Positions 7,496 through 16,593 of a DNA stretch of 64,000 bases are shown piece after piece. Numbering within the stretch: the stretch's first letter is position 1; every line of letters begins with the position of its first letter. Source of the stretch: Flavobacteriales bacterium (GTDB lineage: Bacteria; Bacteroidota; Bacteroidia; NS11-12g; UBA955); assembly GCA_947463125.1 (NCBI GenBank), contig CANHQZ010000002.1, forward strand, positions 46,951 through 110,950, read 5' to 3'. Position numbers and translations under genes: made by a program. The notes beneath the pieces were generated by a model. It was not told where the DNA came from. It made no database searches and saw only the letters and a list, made by a program, of their open reading frames with translations.

Positions 7496-9949
7496 TTAGA
7501 ATTCTGCCCGTAGCCGAATATTCAGCCTTCTTCCTGTAAGGTATTCGGGCACGCCGTAAACATTGTTTTCAATGTCTTTTACCCAGTTGTAGGAAATAAC
7601 ATTGTTGATTCCCAGAATATTGAAAATCTCTACGCTAATCCAGGTTTCCTGCAGTTTTCTGAGTAGGCCGGTTCTGGGTCTGTCTTTGTCATTTCGGCTC
7701 AGTATTACCTTGCTGAACCCCATATCCAGCCTGCGGTAAGGTGGAATGGTGTTGGGACGCGCCGCATATCGGCTTTGTCCATCGAGAAAATAAGGCATAC
7801 CGGTTCCTATAATCATATTCAGGTTTACACGGAATGTAGGATTACCGGGCAGCTGGTCCTGAAGCATAGCGGCAAAATTGACCCTTCTGTCCGTGGGTCT
7901 TCTCAGCCATTCGCTTTGAACCAGTTCTCCACTGTTGTTGGTGTAATTGATTCTCTCGCGGGTTTGCAGTACGCTTAGGGTAAACCAGCTTTCCAGTCCT
8001 TTGATAAATTCTCCGTTTATGCGATTGTCTACACCCCAGGCATAGCCCGAGCTGCTGTTTTCTGCATAATAACGAACGCGGATATTGTCGTATAGATAGG
8101 GAACCAGCCTGTCAAGATGTTTGTAATACGCCTCGGTGGTGAATTTGAATTTGCGGCTCCACATGTATATGAACCTGTCGGTACCCGCCACCAGGTGCCA
8201 TGCCTGCTGTGCCTGCAATTGCCTGTTTAAAACCCCTGAAAAGTTGCGCAACTCCCTGAAATAGCCCTGCTGAAAATAGCCACCCGCTGCCAGTTTGATG
8301 ATTTTATCCTTCTTTTTCAAACTGTCGGGCAAACCTGCATTTAGCTTTTTGTTGGGCTCCCAGCTGAACTGAAGCCTGGGAGTAACAAAAAATTCATTGT
8401 TTACCTGCCACCACTGCCCTCGCAACCCCACATTCAACCACATATTGCGCTGTTTGTCCAGCCTGAATTTGTTTTGTACAAACCCCTGTACCCGAAAACT
8501 TTCCAGTGTATTGCGTGAATTTACCTGGTCATCCAGAATGATACTGTCTGAAGCAAAGCCAAACGGGCGAATGTTGTACATCGCACTGTCATTATAGCGC
8601 CACTCTTTGTAGCGGTCCGATATGCGTTCATGGTTTACACGTAAGCCATATTTGAAAATATTGCGTTTATCGGGCTTGGTGAAAGTGCCAATGTGTGAGA
8701 AGTTGAGAATACGGCTCTGTAATCGGTTTCTGCCATGGTCCAGAAAATAGCCAAAGCCCAGCGTTTTGAGCGGTTTGCCGTATGTTTTGCTTCCCATGTC
8801 CCGGTCAAGCAGGCTCAGCTGGTAAGCTCCTTCAATATCAAACAATTCCTGCTCTGAGGTTCCTGTTGCGCTGAAAATCCACTTGAATTCTTTGCCTGCA
8901 TCCGGATTAAACTTGAAGGTAAGCGCTCCCATAGCATAATCATAATTCATCTGCTCGGCTCCGGCCATGCCCACATCCAGCTGATAAGCCTGAGAAACGG
9001 TTCCAAACTCGGTTCTTCTGCTTTCAGGTGTAAGGTTGTAGCGGTTCAAAGCCATATTACCCAGAAATTCTACCTTCCAGCGCCTCCACAATTTGCGGCT
9101 AATCAGCGTTTGTACATCAGCAAAATTCATGCGGTAGGCTCCCTGAAGATCCAAACTTCCGGTAAGTAATGAATTGCTAAAATGCCTCACACCCAGAATT
9201 GCTGATGTCTTTTTTGTTTTTCCTTCAATGGCAAAACTGTTCAGCAAAAGCCCGGCTGTGGCTGAAACGGAAAAAGCTGTGGGTTGCACGTATTCCACAT
9301 CCAGCACACTGCTCATTTTATCTCCATACTGGGCATCAAAACCACCGGCACTGAATTTGAGGGTTTTAACCAAATCAGGGTTGATGAAACTTAAACCTTC
9401 CTGCTGTCCGCTGCTGATAAGCTGAGGACGGTAAATTTCAATATCGTTCACATAAATCAGGTTTTCATCATAGTTGCCTCCGCGAACGCTGTATTGGGAA
9501 GACAATTCGCTGTTGCTGTTGGCACCCAGTGTTTTGATGATAGCCTCAATGCCTCCGGTGGTGGGGTTCATGCGCAAATCGCGGGGTCTGATTTCATCTA
9601 GAAACGGCGTGTATTCTTCACGGCCCGAGATTTCAATTTGAGGCAAAAAATCCAGTCCGGTTCCTTCGTAGATCACCCTTTCCACCTGTGCTGACCAATC
9701 TTTGGGCAGTCGATATCCGAAAATCTTGCGGTTTCCCTGATATCCAAAAATCAGGTTGGTTAAGGGTATAGTAAAATCACCGTTATTGTCCGTTATCGCC
9801 AGCGTTTCACCATTGCTGTTTTTAATGACAATGCCAACCGCGGGATCGCCGCTGATTAGCCTGACTTTTGCCCAAAACATGGTTTTTTGCTGTGCATGTA
9901 ACTGCCCGATAATGCATAAAAGCAGCGCGAGGCAGGATTTTTTTAGCAC
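7496..9949 (-). CDS. TonB-dependent receptor-like outer membrane protein with an N-terminal carboxypeptidase-regulatory-like domain
   Basis: It has a CarboxypepD_reg-like segment (VGIVIKNSNGETLAITDNNGDFTIP) followed by plug/barrel-like sequence. The C-terminal residue is Phe (...RLRAEF). The track ORF extends to 10048. A GTG at ~9949 gives a canonical signal peptide, MLKKSCLALLLCIIGQLHAQQ, so the start was trimmed to 9949. Confidence 0.7.
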   Translation of the reverse strand: MLKKSCLALLLCIIGQLHAQQKTMFWAKVRLISGDPAVGIVIKNSNGETLAITDNNGDFTIPLTNLIFGYQGNRKIFGYRLPKDWSAQVERVIYEGTGLDFLPQIEISGREEYTPFLDEIRPRDLRMNPTTGGIEAIIKTLGANSNSELSSQYSVRGGNYDENLIYVNDIEIYRPQLISSGQQEGLSFINPDLVKTLKFSAGGFDAQYGDKMSSVLDVEYVQPTAFSVSATAGLLLNSFAIEGKTKKTSAILGVRHFSNSLLTGSLDLQGAYRMNFADVQTLISRKLWRRWKVEFLGNMALNRYNLTPESRRTEFGTVSQAYQLDVGMAGAEQMNYDYAMGALTFKFNPDAGKEFKWIFSATGTSEQELFDIEGAYQLSLLDRDMGSKTYGKPLKTLGFGYFLDHGRNRLQSRILNFSHIGTFTKPDKRNIFKYGLRVNHERISDRYKEWRYNDSAMYNIRPFGFASDSIILDDQVNSRNTLESFRVQGFVQNKFRLDKQRNMWLNVGLRGQWWQVNNEFFVTPRLQFSWEPNKKLNAGLPDSLKKKDKIIKLAAGGYFQQGYFRELRNFSGVLNRQLQAQQAWHLVAGTDRFIYMWSRKFKFTTEAYYKHLDRLVPYLYDNIRVRYYAENSSSGYAWGVDNRINGEFIKGLESWFTLSVLQTRERINYTNNSGELVQSEWLRRPTDRRVNFAAMLQDQLPGNPTFRVNLNMIIGTGMPYFLDGQSRYAARPNTIPPYRRLDMGFSKVILSRNDKDRPRTGLLRKLQETWISVEIFNILGINNVISYNWVKDIENNVYGVPEYLTGRRLNIRLRAEF

Positions 9950-9980
9950 AGATATGAAACGAAAAAGGTTAATTTTTCTT

Positions 9981-10640
9981 TTATGAATTGGCCGTTTTGT
10001 GAAGTGCAGCAATGGTAGCCAAAGGATCCGGGGTGGCAAAAACAGCATTTCCTGCTACCAGAACATCTGCCCCGGCCTTTGCCAGGGCGAGTGCATTGGA
10101 CTCTGATACACCGCCATCCACTTCGATCAATGCCTGAGAATTGCGTTGTAAAATCATTTCTTTCAATTCGGAAACCTTGCGATAGGTGTTTTCAATAAAA
10201 GCCTGTCCGCCAAAACCGGGATTTACACTCATGATCAGCACCAGGTCGCAATCCTGAATGATGTCATGCAGCAAAGAAACCGGTGTGTGTGGATTTAAAG
10301 CCACACCTGCCTTCATGCCTTGTTTTCTTATTTCAGCAAGGCTGCGGTGCAGGTGAGTACTGGCCTCATAATGGACAGTCAGAACGTCTGCGCCGGCTTC
10401 TGCAAAACGCTGAATGTAGCGCTCGGGTTCCACAATCATCAGGTGCACATCAAGTGTTTTGGATGCGTGCTTTTTCAGCACATTCATTACGGGAAAACCA
10501 AAGGAAATGTTGGGAACAAAAACCCCGTCCATCACATCCACATGATACCAGCCGGCATCACTTTGGTTGATCATTTCACAGTCTCGCTGAAGGTTGCCGA
10601 AATCGGCAGAGAGTACTGAAGGAGCAATAATGACTGACAT
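9981..10640 (-). CDS. rpe: Ribulose-phosphate 3-epimerase
   Basis: 219 aa. Full-length RPE signature (SVLSADF...HVDVMDGVFVPNISFG...HLMI...). Confidence 0.9.
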   Translation of the reverse strand: MSVIIAPSVLSADFGNLQRDCEMINQSDAGWYHVDVMDGVFVPNISFGFPVMNVLKKHASKTLDVHLMIVEPERYIQRFAEAGADVLTVHYEASTHLHRSLAEIRKQGMKAGVALNPHTPVSLLHDIIQDCDLVLIMSVNPGFGGQAFIENTYRKVSELKEMILQRNSQALIEVDGGVSESNALALAKAGADVLVAGNAVFATPDPLATIAALHKTANS

Positions 10641-10697
10641 TATGGCAAAGGTATAATAAATATTGGTAACTGCCCCAGGCCGCTGTTTGGGCGTTTG

Positions 10698-11153
10698 TCA
10701 TTTTTTAAACGCGGATTCATACAATTGAATCCACGCATCGGCAGACATTTTACCGCACAATTTTCCAATCAGACCCAATGGGATTTCACTCCCGTACTTA
10801 AAACGAATGCAGCTCTTGCCCATATCCAGCTTCTTTGTGTTGCAGGATTTCAATTCAATTTCAAACCAATCCATTAGCTTTGGATTTGCATACAGACCCA
10901 TATGATACAATGCAATGTGGTTTTTTTGTGCCGCCATACTAATAAACGGCAACGGCGTATCGGATTTGCAGTGATAGCCGTCAGGATAGAGGGAGAGGGG
11001 CACAACCCAGGAAGGCATGTTGTACTGGATTTGTGCTTCAAAACCTTCCGGAATATTCGCTGAAACAGCCTCTGCGAGTGGCATTAGCATGGCCGCTTTC
11101 TCTTCGCCAATTCCGTTGAAGTAAGATTCAAAAACGGTCAGGTTGTGTTGCAT
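10698..11153 (-). CDS. Small conserved hypothetical protein (possibly DUF1801/YdhG-like)
   Basis: 151 aa with no signal peptide. It overlaps the folP stop by 26 nt. The family assignment is from memory only. Confidence 0.35.
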   Translation of the reverse strand: MQHNLTVFESYFNGIGEEKAAMLMPLAEAVSANIPEGFEAQIQYNMPSWVVPLSLYPDGYHCKSDTPLPFISMAAQKNHIALYHMGLYANPKLMDWFEIELKSCNTKKLDMGKSCIRFKYGSEIPLGLIGKLCGKMSADAWIQLYESAFKK

Positions 11154-11934
11154 ACATGGTTTTGTAAAGGGTTACACATTCCTTCGCTTCTTTCACATCG
11201 TGCACACGTAAAATATCTGCGCCATGGATCAAAGCCGCCATGTGCAGTGCCGTGGTGCCGTTCAGTGCCCCGGCCGCAGAGGTTTGCAGTGTTTTCCAGA
11301 TCATGCTTTTTCTGGAAATGCCTACCAGTAAAGGGTTTCCCAGTTTTTTAAATTCACCAAGGTTTCGCAGCAGCTCAAAGTTATGCGCCACTGTTTTGCC
11401 AAAACCGAATCCGGGATCAATTATCCAGTTCTTTATTCCCAGTGATTGGAACAAAGTCTGTTTTTTTTCGAAATAACCGAAAACATCCTCGGTGACATTT
11501 TGATAAAAAGGATTTTTCTGCATGTTTTGCGGATTGCCTTGCTTGTGCATGGCCACGTACGTGACCTTGCTGTCAGCGATAAAGGAAAGCATGGCTTCAT
11601 CGTCTTCCCCGGCTGAAATGTCATTGACCACGGAAGCTCCTTTTGAAACAGCAAGCCTGGCAACATGACTGTAGAAGGTGTCCACACTGATGGTAGCTTT
11701 CGGGAATGCGCTGACCAAGCTCTCAATGACCGGTAGCACCCTGTCTGCTTCCTCACCGGCTGAAACAAGAATTGCTCCCGGTCGGGTGCTTTGTCCGCCA
11801 ATATCCAGCATATCGGCGCCATCCTCCAGCATTTTACCTGCCACATCTACCGCTTTTTGATTCACAATGCGGCTACCTTCGAAGAAAGAATCCGGCGTGG
11901 CATTGAGAATGCCCATGATGGAAATGTGGCTCAT
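11128..11934 (-). CDS. folP: Dihydropteroate synthase
   Basis: 268 aa. Pterin-binding domain motifs (ILNATPDSFFEG... DIGGQSTRPGA ... VNDISAG). Confidence 0.85.
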   Translation of the reverse strand: MSHISIMGILNATPDSFFEGSRIVNQKAVDVAGKMLEDGADMLDIGGQSTRPGAILVSAGEEADRVLPVIESLVSAFPKATISVDTFYSHVARLAVSKGASVVNDISAGEDDEAMLSFIADSKVTYVAMHKQGNPQNMQKNPFYQNVTEDVFGYFEKKQTLFQSLGIKNWIIDPGFGFGKTVAHNFELLRNLGEFKKLGNPLLVGISRKSMIWKTLQTSAAGALNGTTALHMAALIHGADILRVHDVKEAKECVTLYKTMYATQPDRF

Positions 11935-11952
11935 GGGTTTTGTTTATCTGCC

Positions 11953-13365
11953 TTACTTTATGGTTTCATCGGGATTGCCTGCCATTTTCTCTGGCTTAAC
12001 CCATTCATCAAACTGTTCGCTGTTCAGTAAGCCAAGTTCTACTGCCGCCTCCCGCAGGGTTTTGTTTTCTTTGTGGGCTTTCTTGGCAATTTTGGCCGCA
12101 TTTTCATAACCAATATGGGTATTTAACGCAGTTACCAGCATCAGGCTTTGCTCTACCAATTGTTGAATTCTGGTATGGTTGGGTTCAATGCCCTGTGCAC
12201 AGTGTGTATCAAAACTCAGGCATGCCTGGCCCAGCAGGCGAGCACTCTGCAGCAAATTGGCCGCAATAACGGGTTTGTATACATTCAGTTCAAAATGCCC
12301 CTGTGAACCGGCAAACGAAACAGCCACATCATTTCCCATAATCTGAGCGCAAACCATGGTAAGTGCCTCGGGCTGTGTTGGATTTACTTTTCCGGGCATA
12401 ATGCTGCTGCCGGGCTCATTTTCAGGGATGATGATTTCACCAATGCCGCTGCGTGGACCGCTGCTGATCATGCGAATGTCATTGGCAATCTTGAAACAGC
12501 TTACCGCTGCTCTTTTAATAGCCCCATGCAGTTCCACCATGGCATCATGGGCGGCTAATGCTTCAAATTTATTGGGTGCAGAAACCATCGGCAAGCCGGT
12601 TTCTTCGGCTATGAGTCTGGCAACAAGGGTAGCATATCCTTTGGGTGCATTCAGTCCGGTTCCCACAGCGGTTCCGCCAAGCGCTATTTCTGCGGCCGGC
12701 AGCAAAGCCCTGTTGATGGCAGCTACACCGTTTTCAAGCTGGGTAACGTATCCGCTGAATTCCTGACCCAACGTGAGGGGAGTCGCATCCATGAAGTGTG
12801 TGCGGCCAATCTTTACGATATCCTTGAAATCGCGTGATTTATGTTTGAGGGTGGTTTTCAGTGCCTGAATTCCGGGAAGTGTGTAATCCACTACCTGCTT
12901 GAAAACAGCAATGCTCATAGCGGTGGGAAAAGTATCGTTGCTGCTCTGACTCTTGTTTACATCATCATTGGGGTGCAGCACCTTGTTTTCATCGGTAAGT
13001 TTACCTCCGCTCAGCACATGTGCCCGGTTGGCAATTACCTCATTCACATTCATATTGCTCTGGGTACCACTGCCGGTTTGCCATATTACAAGCGGAAATT
13101 CAGCATCCAGCTTACCCTCAATAATTTCATCACAAACCTGCACGATGAGGTTTTTCTTCTCTTCGCTGAGTACACCCAGCTGGAAGTTTGCAAGGGCTGC
13201 GCACTTTTTTAGTACGCCGAATGCCCTGATGATTTCCATCGGCATGCTGCCTTCGGGTCCTATTTTAAAATTGTTTCTGCTGCGTTCGGTTTGGGCGCCC
13301 CAGTAGCGCTCTGCGGGCACTTTTACCTCGCCCATGGTATCGTGTTCTATACGGTATGTTGTCAT
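11953..13365 (-). CDS. fumC: Class II fumarate hydratase
   Basis: 470 aa. It has the fumarase/aspartase signature [13 protein letters not shown] and the fumC-typical N-terminus ([14 protein letters not shown]). Confidence 0.95.
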   Translation of the reverse strand: MTTYRIEHDTMGEVKVPAERYWGAQTERSRNNFKIGPEGSMPMEIIRAFGVLKKCAALANFQLGVLSEEKKNLIVQVCDEIIEGKLDAEFPLVIWQTGSGTQSNMNVNEVIANRAHVLSGGKLTDENKVLHPNDDVNKSQSSNDTFPTAMSIAVFKQVVDYTLPGIQALKTTLKHKSRDFKDIVKIGRTHFMDATPLTLGQEFSGYVTQLENGVAAINRALLPAAEIALGGTAVGTGLNAPKGYATLVARLIAEETGLPMVSAPNKFEALAAHDAMVELHGAIKRAAVSCFKIANDIRMISSGPRSGIGEIIIPENEPGSSIMPGKVNPTQPEALTMVCAQIMGNDVAVSFAGSQGHFELNVYKPVIAANLLQSARLLGQACLSFDTHCAQGIEPNHTRIQQLVEQSLMLVTALNTHIGYENAAKIAKKAHKENKTLREAAVELGLLNSEQFDEWVKPEKMAGNPDETIK

Positions 13366-13739
13366 AACAAAAGCTTAGGCTGCAAAGTTAATACCTGATT
13401 CTGTATGCCATGCCTTTTTGCGAAAAACAATAAATAGCTCAATAAAAATAAGTAAAAAACGCAATTAGGAAGAAGTTTTATTTTCAATTATATTGTATAT
13501 CAAAACTTTAAATTGTTTTTATAATGTTTCTATTTTGTGCAACAGGATGAATAGAGATAAGCTATACACCCGTTTGTTCAATTTTTTATGATTTTTACTT
13601 TTTTTGTTTAAAACAAAAAATGCAAATCAAGTGTTTTTAAAGGTGTTGTTTGTAATTAGTTCTACAATATACAAAAGATCAATTCAATGTAATGACCAAT
13701 GTCATACTTAATTTTCAAACATTTGAAAGACAGCCTGTA

Positions 13740-13747
13740 TACTTTTG
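13740..13747 (+). promoter_or_regulatory. Candidate Bacteroidota sigma-A -7 element (TACTTTTG = TAnnTTTG) for the two-component operon
   Basis: It matches the phylum-specific -7 consensus exactly, ~90 nt upstream of the HK start codon. The adjacent inverted repeats TTTCAAA-ca-TTTGAAA (~13725..13740) and CTGTAT-N16-ATACAG may be operators. Confidence 0.35.
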
Positions 13748-13837
13748 AACCGTCAAATACAGAAAGAAATTGCATTTGTTTCTATATCAAAAACTAAAAA
13801 ATAAATTAAAAAACAGTCGTTTTTGAGAGGAACCTAA

Positions 13838-15109
13838 GTGATGGAAAGAGAAGCTACACAGGATAAGGAAGTTTGGCAAAAAATGTTGCTGACGGCGTTT
13901 CAGCAATCCGGTGAGGCAATATTGTTGCTGGATTATAAAGGGAAAATAGTAACAGCCAATCCGGCGGCCAGAAAACTGTTTGGTTATAATAATACGGAAG
14001 ACGGACAGCTGAGCATTGATGATTTACTGAAAGCAGGCAAAGAGTCTGACACAAGGACAACCATTCCTGACTTAATCAAAATTACTGAGAAAAACATTCA
14101 CGGAGTAACCAGGGAGAAGCATATATTTCCGGTCTCGGTGCGAATGGTAAGCCTTAGCACATTAGGTTCGGTATATGCACTTTTGTTTATCACTGCCCTT
14201 GAAAGTCGGCTGATAAAGGATAAAACCCTTCAAAGGCGCAATGCTGAAATCACAAGGCTAAAAGAATCTTTAAATCATCTGAAGAACAACGCCGAAAGGG
14301 CCTTGAGAGACAGAACACAGATTCTGCAGGAAACAGTAGATTCTTTGGTCGAAATACAAAAACAACTGCGGCAGGCATTGGAAAAGGAAATAGAGGCCAA
14401 TGAGAAATGCTCAAAGTTTGCCTATCTCATTTCCCACGAATACAGAAATCCGCTCACTTTTATTCACACTTCCCTCGATCTTATTGAGCGTTATGGCCAA
14501 AAAGAAACACCTTTGGGCAAAGCGCAGCTGGAGCATTTGCAAAAAGCAAGAGAGCAGGTTAAACAACTGGTTTCCGTTACGGATGAATTGCTATTTTTAA
14601 ATGCAATTAGAGATGGAAGCCATAAGTTGAAAACCACAGAGGTTGAGATTACGGAATTGCTGGACAAAATCGCAAAGAGCTGGAGCCAAATCCCAAAGGA
14701 TGGGCATAATATTAATATCAGGTTGAATCTGCCGGAAAAGGTTGTCATTGAAACGAATGGTGATCTGCTAAAGCAGGCTTTGAATAACCTTGTCAGTAAC
14801 GCTGTTAAATATTCTGACGGGAACGGAGAGGTGGTCATAGAATGTGATGAGGATGAGGACGCCTGTATGATTAAAGTAAAAGATCAGGGGAGAGGAATTC
14901 CCCGCGAAGAACTGCATAAACTTAGCAACGGATTCTACAGAGCCAGCAATTCCGGAGACGTCTCCGGTAATGGGCTGGGGCTTTTTATTGTCCGTCAGTT
15001 TCTTGAGCATCTTAATGGAAAATTAGAACTTGCTAGTGAACTTAATCTTGGAACATGTGCAACCATTAGATTACCAAAGAAATATGAAGAAAAAAGTATT
15101 GCTGATTGA
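13838..15109 (+). CDS. PAS-domain sensor histidine kinase
   Basis: It has an N-terminal PAS, a HisKA H-box (LISHEYRNPLTFI) and HATPase_c N/G boxes (NLVSNAVKYS... GNGLGLFIV). Its stop overlaps the RR start. Confidence 0.85.
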   Translation: MMEREATQDKEVWQKMLLTAFQQSGEAILLLDYKGKIVTANPAARKLFGYNNTEDGQLSIDDLLKAGKESDTRTTIPDLIKITEKNIHGVTREKHIFPVSVRMVSLSTLGSVYALLFITALESRLIKDKTLQRRNAEITRLKESLNHLKNNAERALRDRTQILQETVDSLVEIQKQLRQALEKEIEANEKCSKFAYLISHEYRNPLTFIHTSLDLIERYGQKETPLGKAQLEHLQKAREQVKQLVSVTDELLFLNAIRDGSHKLKTTEVEITELLDKIAKSWSQIPKDGHNINIRLNLPEKVVIETNGDLLKQALNNLVSNAVKYSDGNGEVVIECDEDEDACMIKVKDQGRGIPREELHKLSNGFYRASNSGDVSGNGLGLFIVRQFLEHLNGKLELASELNLGTCATIRLPKKYEEKSIAD

Positions 15110-16142
15110 CGACAGCCGCGATGTGCGCGAAAACGTCGCAGAGATTTTAACCTTGTCTGATTATGAGGTTTTGACCTCCGAAAACGGGAAAGAAGGGGTA
15201 GAGGTGGCTCAGAAAAGCCTTCCGGATATCATCGTTTGTGATATTGCCATGCCCCTGCTGGATGGATTTGGAGTGATTCATTTGTTGTCGCGGTCGCCTG
15301 AAACAGCTAATATCCCTGTTATTCTGCTCACAGCCAGAACAGACAGGGATAATTACCGCAAGGGTATGGAACTTGGCGCCGATGATTTCATTACCAAACC
15401 TTTTGAGGAAGCGGAATTGCTGAGGGCTATTGAAGCCAGGCTGCAAAAGCACAATCGTGAAAAAGATGGAAGGAATGGATCAGCAGATGGGTTTTTGTCT
15501 CTGATGAACGACGCGCGTTCCCTTGAGGCATTCAAGGAAGCCGCCGGAGAAGGATTGATTTTTGATTTTCAGAAAAGAGAATATGTGTATCGGGAAGGGA
15601 ATCAGCCCCGCTATGTATACTTTATTGAGTCAGGAAAGGTGAAAACAGTGCTGCTGAGCAACGATGGCAAGGAATTGATGACGGGATTGTATGGAGAAGG
15701 AGATATTTTTGGTCATATTGCCATGCTGGAAGAGGCTGAGTACACGGAATCTGCCATTGCGGTAGAACCGGTGAGGCTTTATGCACTAAACAAAGCGGAT
15801 TTTTTCTCACTGTTGGGAACCCATCCGGGAGCTTCTGCAAAATTTATCCGAATTATGGCCAGTCAGTTGGTTGAAGCAGAAGACAAGTTGCTGCGCCTTG
15901 CCTACGATTCTGTAAGAAAAAGGGTTGCGGAAGCGCTAGTTGAAGTCTATCGCACCTACTCATTGAGCAACGGTAAAAAAGAAATTGAAATATCCCGGCA
16001 GGAACTGGCATCCTATGTGGGTACAGCTACGGAAACAGTCATAAGAACCTTAAGTTCCTTTAAACAGGAAGGCCTTATCAATATTGTGCAAAGCAATATC
16101 GTAATAAAGGATCTGGCTGGGCTAATACGAATGAAAAACTAA
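15084..16142 (+). CDS. Response regulator fused to a cNMP-binding domain and a Crp/Fnr-type HTH
   Basis: The REC domain (KVLLIDDSRDVREN...PDIIVCDIAMPLLDG...TAR) is followed by a cyclic-nucleotide-binding beta-roll (YREGNQPRYVYFIESGKVK...GEGDIFG) and a C-terminal Crp HTH (RQELASYVGTATETVIRTL). The start was trimmed to the ATG at 15084. Confidence 0.8.
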   Translation: MKKKVLLIDDSRDVRENVAEILTLSDYEVLTSENGKEGVEVAQKSLPDIIVCDIAMPLLDGFGVIHLLSRSPETANIPVILLTARTDRDNYRKGMELGADDFITKPFEEAELLRAIEARLQKHNREKDGRNGSADGFLSLMNDARSLEAFKEAAGEGLIFDFQKREYVYREGNQPRYVYFIESGKVKTVLLSNDGKELMTGLYGEGDIFGHIAMLEEAEYTESAIAVEPVRLYALNKADFFSLLGTHPGASAKFIRIMASQLVEAEDKLLRLAYDSVRKRVAEALVEVYRTYSLSNGKKEIEISRQELASYVGTATETVIRTLSSFKQEGLINIVQSNIVIKDLAGLIRMKN

Positions 16143-16161
16143 AGATTATTTTTTTAAAGCA

Positions 16162-16560
16162 GTGACAAAGGTCATTTTCACTTATGACGCTTTCACACTT
16201 AATATTGCTGCACGTATGACCTCCGTTATAGAAAATCCGCTAATTGATTTTTCTGATTACGCTGCCGACAAGGAATTTGAAAAAAAATTTCACCTAATGT
16301 TTCCGTATCTGCGAATTGTATTGCGAAAAGTTGTTAAAATTCCGCAGAGCAATATGATAGCCAATCCACGATTGATAATTACGGAAAACACAACGGTAGA
16401 ACAAGTCTGCTATAAACTTTTAATCCGGTATGGGCGGGAAGCCATGATTCAGCGTTACACGGTGAATATCTGGCTGGATATAACCCGCTCAAAGCACTGG
16501 ACATTGAAGAATCAAAACGAAGAGGCGCGAAAGTTGTCTTGCATGAATCCGGGTTTTTAA
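16162..16560 (+). CDS. Hypothetical protein
   Basis: 132-aa ORF 19 nt downstream of the response regulator. I recognise no motif. Its coding status rests only on ORF length and position. Confidence 0.35.
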   Translation: MTKVIFTYDAFTLNIAARMTSVIENPLIDFSDYAADKEFEKKFHLMFPYLRIVLRKVVKIPQSNMIANPRLIITENTTVEQVCYKLLIRYGREAMIQRYTVNIWLDITRSKHWTLKNQNEEARKLSCMNPGF

Positions 16561-16593
16561 TGTTTTTAAAGGACGTATCTTTGCTGCCTCAAT

